Source: Eledone cirrhosa
Lineage: Eukaryota
NCBI GenBank assembly: GCA_964016885.1
Contig: OZ024741.1
Location: 266,166,001-266,230,000, forward strand
Length of the DNA: 64,000 bases
Direction of reading: 5' to 3'
In this document: piece after piece, positions 14,552 through 27,140 of the stretch
How the letters are laid out: the number at the start of each line of letters is the position of its first letter
Position numbering within the stretch: the stretch's first letter is position 1
Made by a program: the position numbers and the translations under genes
Notes under the pieces: model-generated
Told to the model about the DNA's origin: nothing
Database searches by the model: none
What the model saw: only the letters and a program-made list of their open reading frames with translations

Positions 14552-15400
14552 TGGCAAATGGCGTGCTGCGTTGTTGCAAATGGGATACATATGAATAAAA
14601 TTAGAGCGAGAAGACAGGACTGGTCGTCATCAGTGATCTTCCAGCCATCATCGGTATTTCTTCGCATTAAAGACCATATACCTCAGGCTGGTGCGAGCAA
14701 TAACTTTAAAAAGTTATTGGGACAAGTAGAATAGGGTGAAGCGAGCGAGACATGTAAACAAACAGAGATGGTAATGCAACGGAAAGAGAGGAAGAGGGGA
14801 AACAAGTCCGTGATATCTGTGAACTTAAGTTCGAGCAAATCGTGGACGAGGAGAGACAGACACGTCCAGACCCTGTGAAATGTGAGCGAGAAAAGGATTT
14901 CACACGGGTCAGACGGGAGGAAGTGAGAGAGGGGGAGTAGCAGAGAGTGAGTGAGTGAAAGTGTGAGGAAGAGGCCAGCTGAGAGAGGGTGACTGGCAGA
15001 AGGAGGAATGAAGGTAAGAGATACAAGGAGAGAGAAAGAGGATAGCAGTAAGAAAGAAACAGACTGGTCACGGCGGAGGGAAAAATATATATGAAAAATG
15101 GCAAATGGCGTGCTGCGTTGTTGCAAATGGGATACATATGAATAAAATTAGAGCGAGAAGACAGGACTGTCCGTCATCAGTGATCTTCCACTCGTCCACG
15201 ATTTGCTTGAACTTAAGTTCACAGATATCACGGACTTGTCTCTCATCTTCCTCTCTTTCCGTTGCCTTACCATCTCTGTTTGTTTTTCTTGTCTCGCCTT
15301 CTCACCCAATTCTACTTGTCCCAATAACTTTTTTTAGTTATTGCTCTCGCCAGCCTGAGGTATATGGTCTTTAATGCGAAGAAATACCGATGATGGCTGA
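14552..15400. mobile_element. Rearranged element with layout A-B'-C-A-B (92-bp direct repeat plus inverted repeat of about 205 bp)
   Basis: A at 14552-14643 and 15099-15190; B' 14643-14850 is the reverse complement of 15191-15399. Confidence 0.7.
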
Positions 15401-15687
15401 GGGGGTACGCGCGTGTGTGTACAGCGCACGTGCTATATATATATGTATGCGTGTGTGTGTGTGTGTATTGTACAGATAGATATATTTCTTTATTTACCAT
15501 AAAGGTATAAAAAGAAGGGACAAATACAAAGGGGGAGTTTACATAAAACCGAGTAAAAAGGGTATAAAATGAAAATAATCAAAAACAACCTCAAAAGGGA
15601 GGGGATGTGATGGGGGTTGCACACACCCCCGAAAAAGTGTGCAATCCTTTGCCCAGGGAGCACATGGAGAAGGTGCTCCCCTCTCCT

Positions 15688-18600
15688 TCACTTCTTTACC
15701 CACAGGATGGTATACAGAGAAGGCCCATTTATACGAGCCATTCTCGCCACTATCACCCACCTTTCATAAAACTGCCTGTGGCCAAGCACCTCTCTCTCCA
15801 TTCTTATCCTTCTTCCGAAGTGATATCGGAAGAAGTAGACCAGACTATGGCCAGAGAGGAAGTTGCCTGACCTCAGACCTTTCAATCGTGTCCACCAAAC
15901 AACCTCTTTCAACATGGCTATTACGCACAGAAAAACCGCCTTTGCTTCCTTTGTGAAGAGGGGAGGCGGTTTGATTGTCATCACTAACTCGGCGCTCAAT
16001 CGAATCGGCGCCACCCGCGACAGCAGTCGTTCGGCGTAGCCCCACAGATCAGCCACGCCCGGACAGTGCACCAATGCGTGCGCAACGGTTTCTTCGTGAC
16101 GCACGCATCTAGGGCAAATTTTTTTCGAGAGATCCCTGCCCGGGCGCCCGTGTCTGTAGAGCCTTTCTCGAACGGTTAGAGCCCCCCGGCAGCACTGCCA
16201 GGCCAGTGACTTCTGGAAGTTGTCCATTGGTCCCGGGCCGAAAGTCCTACCGAACAGGCTGGCCAGTTCGTCCTCCTCCATGTCCAGCGACTCTCCAAGG
16301 GTGTCATCGCCCCTGCTAGCCACCAGCCCTCTATAGAATGACGAGGTGGATTCTCCACCGATGGCCGGGTTCGCTTGCCAGAGAGCCCTGAGCGCCTGGG
16401 CACACTCAGTGTGCCAGTCTCCCAGTTTTCCGGATCTTTGCTTGACCCACGACTGCAGCTCGGTGATCGAGACGAGTCTCGGAAAGGCTCGTTTCACGAA
16501 CGGAGCCCACACCGGTTGACCAGTGAGGAATACCTGTAGGTGCCGTAGCCTTAATGCGTGCCTACGCATCATCAATCACGGCATCCCCAGCCCTCTTTTC
16601 GAAGATTGTTGGCAGCAGATGGATCTTCTCACCATAGGAGGGCGCTTCTTCCAAAGAAATTGGAAGAGCATGCGTTCCATGGTGGTGAGTGTTTCCTTAG
16701 GGCAAGGCACGACAGTCAAGCGGTAGTAAGTGACGGACGCTATGGAAATGTTCGCCACCTCCGGCCGACCTTTTAGGGACAGCTTACACTTGGCCCATTT
16801 CTGGGTTAGTGCAAACACCTTGTTCGTAACCTCGCCCCAGTTCTTTTCCACCTGGAGGTCCGGTCCAAACTAGACCCCAAGCAACTTCACCGAGCCCTCC
16901 GTCCAGTGTCCGACGACACCGTCGGGAGGCATCGGTCTGCCTCTCCACGTTCCGAGTTGCAGCCCGATGGATTTTTCCCGGTTCAGTTTCGCTCTTGACA
17001 ACCTTTCGTATTCCTCCAGTAAGGTACCGATCGCCTCGATCTCCGAGTCGGTCGATACCATTACTGTTACGTCATCGGCGTAGGCCGACATCGCTTTGCT
17101 CAATCCTGGTTCCAGGGGGATACCCTGCAACAACTCCAACTTCCTCAGTAAAGGCTCGAGAGTCAATACGTAAAGAAGGGAGGAGAGAGGGCACCCCTGT
17201 CGAATGGATCGTGTGATTTCGAACGGCTTCGAAAGGTAGCCGTTCACCTTGATCCTAGAACAGATGTGGTTGCTATGTAAGGCAGTGATCCAGCCTCTGA
17301 AAACAGGACCGAACCCAGCCGCCGCTAGCACCGCATCCAGGTAACCATGGTCGACCCTATCGAACGCCTTAGACTGATCCAAGTTGATCAGGGCCCCACC
17401 GAAGCCGGGTTTGTTGCCAACCCTCTCTATGATGTATCGCATGAGGTGGAGGTTGTCGTGAATGGACCTGGATGGGATAGCACATGTCTGCGCATCTCCC
17501 ACCAGGCCACCCACGACAAGCGCCAACCTCTTTGCTAACACCTTGGCCAAAATCTTTAACTCTGTGTTTAGCAGGGTTATGGGCCGAAAATTATTTATAC
17601 TATCCCCCTTGTTCTCGTCCTTCCTGACCAGCGAGACTACGCCCTTGGCTACAGAACAAGGAATTCTCCCGTTCTGCTGCCAATTGCAGTAGACTGCTTC
17701 GAGGAGTTCGGAGAAGAAGACCGGCATTGCTAAATAAAGTTCGTAAGGAATACCATCGAGACCTGGATATTTGCGTCTGCTGCATTGGCTCAGCGCATCC
17801 CCGATCTCATCAGCCGAGATTGGTCCCTCGCAGGACTCTGACTCTTCGCTCGAGAGACGCGGCAGGCCGTCGAGGTATGGACCGAAATCCACGTCCCCGC
17901 CCGGACCCTCGTCTCCCCCGAATAATCGGGCAAAGTGCCTTTGAAAGGCCTCGCACATCTGCTTAGGCTCCCGGATCACCCGTCCATCCTCGTCTTGCAA
18001 AGACCGGATGGTGGATCGATTTCCACTCTTAGCTTCTGTCACGCGGGCCCAGCCAACGGCTTTGGCCCCCTCATTACCTAGAGCACGTATTTTACTTCGA
18101 ATGACGCAGCCTTCGTGCTTTGCATCGAAAACCTGGCTCAAGGCCGTCCTCGATGCCAGCACTCTGGCCACATCTTCGCTCTTGATTGCCTCTTCTAATT
18201 TGCCTGTTAATTCTTTCTCGTTCCTATTCCTATCGGCAGCTAACATCTTGCTATAACTTATTGATACTGTTCTAATCTCTCTTTTGAGAGATGCCCACCA
18301 TCGGTTGTTGACGATTGCACCCGTCAACCTCTCCTTAACTAATCTGCTAATCCGGTTTCTGTAAGCCTCTTTTGCCGGTAAAGACAAATTAAGCTTCCAG
18401 TAACCGGAACCCTGTCTATGTGTTTTCTCGAGATTGACTACGCAAGTCACTAATTTGTGATCTGTATAGCCAACCGTGAGCATTTCTGGACAGCTTAATA
18501 TGTTCCTATCCTTACTTCTAACTAAGAATATATCTAAGTACGATCTAGATTGACCACTGTGGTTCGTCCAAGTCCAGGTTGGCACAATTGGAAAATCTAG

Positions 18601-19135
18601 TCGATATCTATCGACCAAGTTAAAACGGTCGAGTAACCCCTTGAGGCTGTTACACCCCCTCTATTAGGACATGCTCCTACATAGTCCCAACGTGCATCTA
18701 GGATGTCATTTCAATCCCCCGCTAGAAGCAGGGAACGCGACGTTCCCAGAAAAGTCTCCAGACGCTGGAAGACGTCGGATCGTTCAGCTCCGAAAGGGAA
18801 GTAGACGGCGACCAGTCTTAAGGCCGCACCTCCACTACTGCCAACGTCTAGCACCAACAAACGACCTTCCGGGTCCGAGTGAACAACCTGTACGGCGAGA
18901 CCCAGGTGTTTTTCCAACAGTACGACAACCCCACCCCACGTCCAGGTTGAGAGAGAGATGCATGCACCTCAAAGTCATCTAAGGTAGGGGCCAGCTGCCG
19001 CACGACGCTGATCCGAGTCTCACAGATAACCATTACATTTATACCACGTGACCTGGGGTCATTTAGAAGCTTTGCTTGCTTCCAAGTTGAGCCCAGGCCA
19101 CGTGCATTCAAACATCCTACTCTTAACACATCCAT
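15688..19135 (-). pseudogene. Tx1 ORF2: AP endonuclease, reverse transcriptase and C-terminal Cys-rich domain, with frameshifts and stops
   Basis: APE motifs (LNARGL, ICET, LAGD, SYLD, TDH); RT motifs FRPITLLN, DQSKAFD, RQGCPLS, YADD; C-terminal CPRC..EETVAHALVHC. In-frame stops at 16870 and 16576 replace Trp codons that are intact in the second Tx1 copy. Confidence 0.93.
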
Positions 19136-21064
19136 GTGGGCGGCAAAGCCAAAGGAGAGTGTAGAGACCTACCTTTCTGCTTCCTGGGGTTCGGGTCACA
19201 CGACTTCCATGGGGTCGGGGGTGTTGGGTGAAGGGTGTCTTGTGGTGGTGTGGGGTCGTCAGTGTGTGGTGGGATTGGGGTGTTTGGAGTTGTGTTGGGG
19301 AGGAGAAGGGGAGGGGGAAAGCTTTTTAGGAGGACGCGGTTTATGGGTTTGACAGAGGGTGGTCCTACGTCCTCCTTAAAATCCTTTTTTAGTTTTTGGT
19401 AGAGGTTCATTGGGATCTTTATTAATTTTAAATGTGGGTAGTTTTCTGAAGAAACAAAGTTTACCCCTTCGGTTTGTACCGAAGGGTTATTGTTTATGAG
19501 TTCATTTAATTTATTATTGTTTCTGTTGGTGTAAGTATAGTGTAATGTCATTTTTTCGGATGGTGTGAGTGTTTCGAAGAGGGGAGGGGCAGGTTTGGTT
19601 TTGTTTGTTGCTGGAGGGGTGTTTTGTGTTTTGTTGGATTGTGTTGACATTTGGGTAGGGGCTGTTTGGCCTTGTGTGTTTTGCACATGTTTTCTTTTTT
19701 TCCTTTTAATTTGTCTGAAGGACTCCGTTTCTTCCTCCGAATTCGTTGGGTTATCTTCAGTGTTGGAGGGAAGAGGTATGTTTGCTGGTAATGTTTCCGT
19801 GTTGGTTTTCTTTGTGGGGGAGATGGATGTCACTATGTTAGACTGTGTTGTGTGTTGTGGCTGCGGTGGTTGTGTTGTTTTATTGAGTGAGGGGTTGGGT
19901 GGGACTGTGTTTTGTTTTTGGGTAATCTGTTGTGTCTGTTTGTGTTGTGGTGGTGGTGTAGTTTTACTGAGGGACGGGTTGGGTGGGACTGAGTTTTGTT
20001 GTTTGTTTATCTGTTGTGGTGGTGGAGCTGGTGTTGGTAGCAGGGTTTTCTTCTTGTTGAGTTGGGGACAAGCCGCCTTCAGGTGCCCTCTGCCTGCACA
20101 GATATGACAGGACGGCCTTCTCTCCTCCACGCTAATGTTTATATACCCGTGACCCTCTAATAGGATTCTGTCGGGTATTTGGGCAATGCGTTCAGGCTTC
20201 ATTTGCACTACAAGTTCTATACCTGTTCCACTGAACGCATTGCCTGTGGTTTTCCCAATGGAAATCACGTTGTCATTCGCTGGATTGATGAAGCCAGCTA
20301 TAAGCCAGCAGTAGTCCATATCTGGCATCATCGCATCCAGCCATATGCGCTGAGTTCTTTTACCCATATAAGATGGATAAAAGGCAAAATTTGTCGAACG
20401 AATCGGCGACAAAGCATATTTTTTTGCCGCTGATTCGTTCTTCATAATAATGGCTAGGCTTCCATACAGCCTGTCTCTTCTTATGAAAGTGGCTTCATTA
20501 AGTACTTCTCTAAGTACTGCTTTAATTTCTGCTTATGTTGGTTGTTGAGGTTTTTTTTGAGATGTTGTTGATGGTGCGGAAAACGACCGTCCGACTTTCA
20601 ATATCTTTGGTGAGTTCTTGGGGCATTTTTACCGATAAGGTTCCATTTTCCCCTTGAGTTATGTATTGTTTGGCGTTTTTTATTCTTTGTGCCACATCTG
20701 AAATATTTTCAGGTATATATGTTAAAGATTTTTTTGTTGTTTGTGCAAATGAGATATTATTGGTGTTGACTTTGTCGTCTGTTTTGCTTTCTGTTATGAT
20801 GTTGTTTTCAAATGTTATTTTTGTGTTTGTTGTTTCTTTGTTTGTGGTATTAATATTGTCATGCAATTCTTTCAAATTTTTGTTGTTGTTGGAATCAATC
20901 TCCAGATTTGTGTTTTCGTCATTTTTCTCCGCACATTCGTCTGTTTTTATTTTATTTTTTCTTTCCTTCTCTATGTTGGGAAGGAAGGGGGGACTAAAGC
21001 GTGCGAGCTTACAACTCTTACTGCTGTCCCTCCCACCAATATTTTCGTTAGCTTCGTTTAACAT
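19123..21064 (-). pseudogene. Tx1 ORF1 (gag-like nucleic-acid-binding protein), one frameshift near 20520
   Basis: ORFs 20522-21064 and 19123-20445; CCHC zinc knuckle CHICAGRGHLKAAC; stop overlaps the ORF2 ATG at 19135. Confidence 0.8.
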
Positions 21065-21542
21065 TTCTGCCAGACGATTGAAATTTTATGCCACAAAATT
21101 TTTAAAAACAGGTTTTTCACCCCTGGGAGGGGCGAAGATGAGCTGACCCACCGCCTGACAGTTCAGACGGGGGGTCAAGCTACACAATAGTATCAAAATT
21201 AAAATTAAACTTACAAAATTTCCGCAATAAATTGGAACAAAACTTCTGCGCGAAGTGAATTACGTCTACGCTGTCGAACAGACGACAGCTAGATTAATGT
21301 GTATTGTACAGATAGATAGATAGATCGTTAGATGAGACCAAGGAAACCGTGTTATTGATATTATCTTGTATTCTCTTGCAATATTCTCGTTGTTTATATC
21401 ACGTATATTCTCGTGTGTTCTCACATATTTTCGTATACGCCTCACGCATATTCTCGGTGATTATCTCATATATTCTCGTTGCTTGTCTCGCATATATTCT
21501 CGTTATCTATCTCACATGTATTCTCGTATGTTCTCGTTTCAG

Positions 21543-21960
21543 TTCCAATCATTCCGAACTTCCTATATTTAACGCAGAACAAGGAAATCCTCGTTAATGA
21601 CACTCGACAAGTTCTGGTCAACATAACCGAACCAGCGGTCATTGAAACCATTTGTTACAATGTGACGAAACGCAGGAGAGATTTCAATGAAACGGAATCG
21701 GAAGGAGTCATGATGAAATATTTTAAGAAATTCGCCGAAACATATGTTCCACCGACACCGCCCAGTTACATGTGTGAAAATGTGACGGTAGCGCCACAGG
21801 GCTACACAGAGAGTTACGTGACCGAATCCAATCTGGTATATGTGCCGCAAACTCGGCACCAGTTTCTTAGGCACGCCACAGTGGTGGTAGGATTGATGTT
21901 TGCTTCGAAAGCTATTGTACAGCTAATAACCAATCCTTTTCTCGGACCGATTACTAATAG
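21543..21960 (+). CDS. VMAT: Vesicular monoamine transporter (SLC18A/VMAT) internal exon: end of TM1, luminal loop 1, TM2, start of TM3
   Basis: Acceptor ttctcgtttcAG at 21541-42 and donor AG|GTAAGT at 21961. Translation (V)PIIPNFLY...VGLMFASKAIVQLITNPFLGPITNR matches the VMAT signature (VPIIP...GLLFASKA.VQL.TNPF.G.LTNR). 418 bp, phase 1 to phase 2. Confidence 0.92.
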
Positions 21961-22205
21961 GTAAGTGGTTGTTTATCCTTTATATCTTACATCCTCCGTC
22001 GCTTACAACGATGACTTTTCAGGTGTTCTATCGACCGAACGTCCATGACATTCGTAGAAAATTAAGGTATAAGTGGTTAATATTCTTCATAGACACGTGT
22101 ACTTTTAACGTAATTATAAGGCAGAATCATCCTAACACAATATGTGACAAGGTTTAACCTTCGAATAACAGGCACAATTAAGGCCAATCTTATATTATAT
22201 ATGTT

Positions 22206-22242
<37 letters not shown>

Positions 22243-22383
22243 CTTGTCCAGGAAATAGCCGTCGAAACGGCTTGAGCTCTGCCGTCGGGGTTAAACATTT
22301 TCCTATTACCCACTCTACTACCCTAAGTAGTGAGTACTCTGGTGCGTTATGCTCCATCTGGTTCCTTACCACACTTCCTTCGT

Positions 22384-22484
<101 letters not shown>

Positions 22485-23100
22485 AGGCTAAAATAAAACT
22501 ATTTCAGTCATATTACACCATAAACAGCTCAAATATTATACAGGCTAAAAACTTTATTTTGTAGAGCTTCATTTATCCAAAATTATATTTAGGTGTAACG
22601 ATGTACACTATATTAAAAATAACCATTGCAAACAAAAAATACATTTTAAAATAAAAATATAATTTCACCTACAACCTCTTGCTTATACTGCGGCTTCGTT
22701 TGGCAAAGAAATAGATATTAATTGAGATAATTAATTAATAAATTAAGACACCAAAACATATCTTACGGCTTTTACAAGAAAATTCAAGTGAAATACCTTG
22801 TGTTGGTAAACGTCCAGGCAGCAAAACTATGAAACAGTAAAAGGATATATATATATATATGTACATGTATATATATACATATGTACATGTATATATATAC
22901 ATATGTACATATATATATATGTGGGTGGGGGTGTATTAATAAGAACGATGAAATTTCGTTTACATGAATTTAGATTTGTATTGTGTTACGCACGATTCGC
23001 AGATGATTTGCTCAGGGTTACACAGAATTTATTGACTCGACTTCATTATCGATCTGTTCTTCAGACTGGCGATGCGACAAAAAAATATATATACACATAT

Positions 23101-23213
<113 letters not shown>

Positions 23214-23467
23214 CCAAAAAAAAACGAAAAAACAAGGTACGAAAATGAAAACTTGGTGAAACAATATCACAAGACCGAATCCGAGATTGTGTATCGATAA
23301 TGTAACATTGATTGTCCATTAAATGTCTGTCCAGTCTGGTGTGATGGGGCGAAACGAGACGAGTGCAAACCATTTCAAAATGAAAGCCGCTTAGATAATA
23401 AATAAATAAATAAACGGAAGTTAGTTTAATTGCTGAAATCTATTTTTTCCACCACCAAACGTCATGG

Positions 23468-23985
23468 AGCAGAGTGGTGATTTGTCTGTGTGTGTGTGTG
23501 TATGTATCTATGTATGTATGAAAGCATGTAAGAATGCTTGTATGCGTATATATACATGTGTGTGTACGTGTATGTATGTGTGTGTATATATATATTACAA
23601 GCAGAGTGGTGATTTGTCTGTGTGTGTGTGTGTATGTATCTATGTATGTATGAAAGCATGTAAGAATGCTTGTATGCGTATATATACATGTGTGTGTACG
23701 TGTATGTATGTGTGTGTATATATATATTACAAGCAGAGTGGTGATTTGTCTATGTGTGTGTATGTATCTATGTATGTATGAAAGAATGTAAGAATGCATG
23801 TATGCGTATATATATGTGTGTGTGTACGTGTGTGTATGTGTGTGTATATATATATTACAAGCAGAGTGGTGATTTGTCTGTGTGTATGTATGTATGTATG
23901 AAAGAATGTAAGAATGCATGTATGCGTATATATATATATAGTGTGTGTGTACGTGTGTGTATGTGTGTGTATATATATATTACAA
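23468..23985. repeat. Tandem repeat, 4 units of about 130 bp built on GT/AT microsatellite
   Basis: AGCAGAGTGGTGATTTGTCT recurs at 23468, 23600, 23732 and 23860. Confidence 0.9.
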
Positions 23986-24581
23986 AGAGAGACAGAACGA
24001 AAGAGAGAGAGAAAGGGATAGAGAAGGAGAGAGAGAGAAAGATAGAGAGGGAGAGAGAGAGGGGGGAGGGAAATACGCACGCTGATATGTGTGTGTATGT
24101 ACATATATATTCCGTGTATGTATGTGTGTGTTTGTTTAACTGTGTTCATATTTAAAACGTTTTGTCGGAAGATGAAAAGAGATGTGAAATGCATTTAAAA
24201 CATTTCAGTCATGTGATGAACGACGAGAAAAAAAAACAAAAAACAATTTTTCAAGTCTTTTTTTATATATTTATTTATTTAAGAACTAAAACAAGTCTCA
24301 TTAAAACGAGACCAAAAACGAGAACAAACGAAAATACGTGAGAAGAATCGCTTCGAAATTTAAAATTAAGCCTAATTTCATCTTTTCATTAAATATTCCT
24401 ACCCACCCACCCCCAACATCCATACAAACAAATTCCTGAAAGCTTTACCCCCAATTCACAATGACTCATAAAACCAGTATTTAGTTAAGGGAATGCTGCT
24501 GCTGATGATGATGGGTTATGTCGTCACCAACGACGAATCATGCCCATCGAACTGTTTAGTATGGATGTCTATGTCGAGCTG

Positions 24582-25115
24582 GCACCTGGATATTTAGCGT
24601 CCTAGGCTGACCGTACAATGTGCACTTGGGTATTTAGCAAGCTAGACAAGCCCTATAATGTTTTCCCTGGTATTTAGCACCCTGGGCTAGCCCTAGAATA
24701 TTTACATTAACATTTAGTGCACTAGGATAGACCTACAATAAGTACCTTACGTATTTAGAGTCCTAGGCTATCCCTACAACGTGTACCTAGGTATTCAGTG
24801 TCCTAGGGTAACTTTACAATGTCTACCTGGATATTTAGTGCCCTAGGCTAATCATACATTGTTTACCTGAGTATTTAGCGTCCTAAGTTAGCCCTACCAT
24901 GTGCACCTGAGTATCTAGTGCCCTAGGCTATCCCTACAATGTGTACCTAGGTATTCAGTGTCCTGGGGTAACTTTACAATGTGTACCTCGATATTTAGTC
25001 CCCTCTGGTATTCATATAATGTGTACCCATGTATTTAGTGCCCTAGGCTAGTCATACAACATGTACCTGGGTATTTAGTGCCCTGGGTTATCCATAGAAC
25101 GTTTACCTGGGTATT
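24582..25115. repeat. Diverged 40-bp minisatellite, about 13 units
   Basis: Unit like TGTACCTGGGTATTTAGTGCCCTAGGCTAGCCCTACAATG. Confidence 0.9.
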
Positions 25116-25576
25116 TTTCAATGAGTGTCCCCTTCTCCCAGATATACGCCCCATTCTCCCAATTAAAATAATTTCAACTTACAGTTTGGTAAGTTGACAA
25201 ACCTAGTTTTTCACATCTCTTGCTTTGATAACACCGAGACGGTTACTAAGCCTGCATTTTCTACTTCACAGTCCACACTCACCTACGTCAAATAATGTGA
25301 CAGGTCATTACAACATACGACCCTCTCCACCACTTCGGATATTTCTACAACGCTGCTATGCGACAAAGATGTTTAGCGATTTATTTATTGACCGCAAGAA
25401 ATTATTACATATTTCATTTAATAATACAAATTTGCATAAAACCGTGATCCTTTTTGGTTCAGTAATGCACTTCTCCAAGGTCTGTGTCTTTGGCGGTTGC
25501 CTAGTTGGCGTCGATGGTAGCAGCGGTGGCGGCCCTGTATAAATACACACTCATATGATATAGTTTTAAAGACGTT

Positions 25577-25845
25577 GAGTGGATATGTATTTATTGAGAA
25601 TTAACCTAAAGTTAGAAGCTTCAACGTACGTATTTTTTCATTTTTTTTTTTCTAACCAAATGGGCATAAAAGACCTTGAACAGAAAAAACGTTGACAGCT
25701 TCACCTGGGTTTCCATAGGCGGCGCTGTCAACGTTTTTTAATCGAAATGGATTTTTACCCAATGTTTTAGACGATTTTTCACAGTAAAAAAAATACGTGC
25801 GTTTAAGCCTCTAATTCTAGATTCATTTTCAATAAATACGCACTC
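25577..25845. mobile_element. Diverged fold-back MITE
   Basis: GAGTG..GTATTTATTGA / TCAATAAATAC.CACTC ends; AAAAAACGTTGACAGC / GCTGTCAACGTTTTTT near the centre. Confidence 0.6.
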
Positions 25846-25880
25846 ATGTATACACACACACGCTCATACACACACACGCT

Positions 25881-25913
<33 letters not shown>

Positions 25914-25923
25914 TTATATATAG

Positions 25924-25973
<50 letters not shown>

Positions 25974-26555
25974 CGACATATATACACACACATTTCTGTA
26001 AACAACTTTATTAATATGTAAAAGGGAAAAGGAAGGGAAAGTCGACCGCTCTAGGCTCACAGAAGGATGTAATTGTAATCTTAGGCGGCGAATTGGCAGA
26101 GACGCGTGGTGTCTGTTTTGACTCTCTACTGTCATTAGGCCGAGGTCGACTTTCCCTTTCAACTATTCGAGATTGATAAAAAAAAAAGTACCAGTCAAGT
26201 ACCGGGGTCGATTCTTTCTCTGAATCTCTTTCTCACTTACATTCTCTCACTCTCTCCATCCTTCTCTGGAATAAATTTTCTGTATTCAGATCTTGAGAGG
26301 GGGTAGGTTCCGCCATGTTTTAAAATGCCCAAGAAACGCCGTAAGTCAATGAAGTGCCCCCTCCCCCCACTCCTACGTCACCATCAGGAGTCACGGGACC
26401 ATTCATGCAATTATAATCTTCATTGCATCTAATGAGCAAATAGAATCCAGTGTCGTGCCGCATGTTAGTGGCACAACACCGCCCAAAACTCTAGAATTAA
26501 AGTATCGCCGCTACAGGAATATAACTCCTCGTTTGCAGTGAAATATAATAATAAT

Positions 26556-26742
26556 TGTTTCTACTTTAGGCACAAGGCCAGCAATTACCCAGTACATTAC
26601 TGGTACTTTATTTTATCGACCCCGTAAGGATGAAAGGCAAAGTTAACCTCGGCGGGATTTGAACTCAGAATGGCAAGGGCCGTAACTCTATGCGTCAAAG
26701 CATGGCGTCCGACCCTCTACCGATACTGCCAATCCACCGCCC
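26556..26742 (-). mobile_element. Full-length tRNA-derived SINE (dominant family in the window)
   Basis: A-box TGGCAGTATCGGTAGA, B-box GAGTTCAAATCCC, body CTTTGCCTTTCATCCTTACGGGGTCGATAAAATAAAGTACCAG; 17-bp TSD TGAAATATAATAATAAT at 26539-55 and 26743-59. Confidence 0.85.
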
Positions 26743-26748
26743 TGAAAT

Positions 26749-27140
26749 ATAATAATAATGAAATTATTGTGTACAGTGCTCAGGTGCACTACAACTCATC
26801 AAAAGTGCATGTATAGTACATACAATAATATACAAATGTCAGGGAAGTGAATAGTGTATGAGTCATGATATACATGTGTGTATTTGTATGGAGGAGGAAT
26901 ATTAGGTGTAGCGTTGGCGAATCTCAGGAAGCATGGAGGTTTTAAAAGATGCAGTGTCTCGACAGCTAACAACTGATGCAGGTAGTTTGTTCCATGCTTC
27001 AACAACTCTGAGCGTGAAAAAATGTTTCCGAAAGTCATGGGAGCTGTGCTGTTTTCTGACTTTGTAGGCATGTCCACGTGTGTTAGACACATGGAAATCA
27101 AAAAGATACTCAGGGTTGTTGTTGGCAAGATGGTTAATAA
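26749..27140 (-). mobile_element. 3' fragment of a CR1-group LINE
   Basis: NTRGHAYKVRK...RKHFFTLRVVEAWNKLPASVV...SFK C-terminus with (ATT)n tail. Confidence 0.75.

Larger units (their letters stand above)
15483..21297 (-). mobile_element. Full-length Tx1/L1-clade non-LTR retrotransposon (ORF1 + APE-RT ORF2), disrupted
   Basis: 21-bp direct repeat TGTGTATTGTACAGATAGATA at 15462-15482 and 21298-21318 (TSD); AATAAA near the 3' end on the minus strand; ORF1 and ORF2 remnants in the expected order. Confidence 0.92.

Noticed and set aside
16576-16578. In-frame TGA in Tx1 ORF2 as selenocysteine or read-through
   Set aside because: It aligns to Trp (TGG) in the second element, and the ORF has other stops and frameshifts.
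23025-23075. Minus-strand CTGAAGA...GAAGTCGAGTCAATAAA
   Set aside because: GAAA core mutated and stem II unpaired; possibly a decayed pLTR, not counted.
26640-26742. tRNA genes at A/B-box sequences
   Set aside because: They are SINE heads with a shared body, tail and TSD; no cloverleaf.
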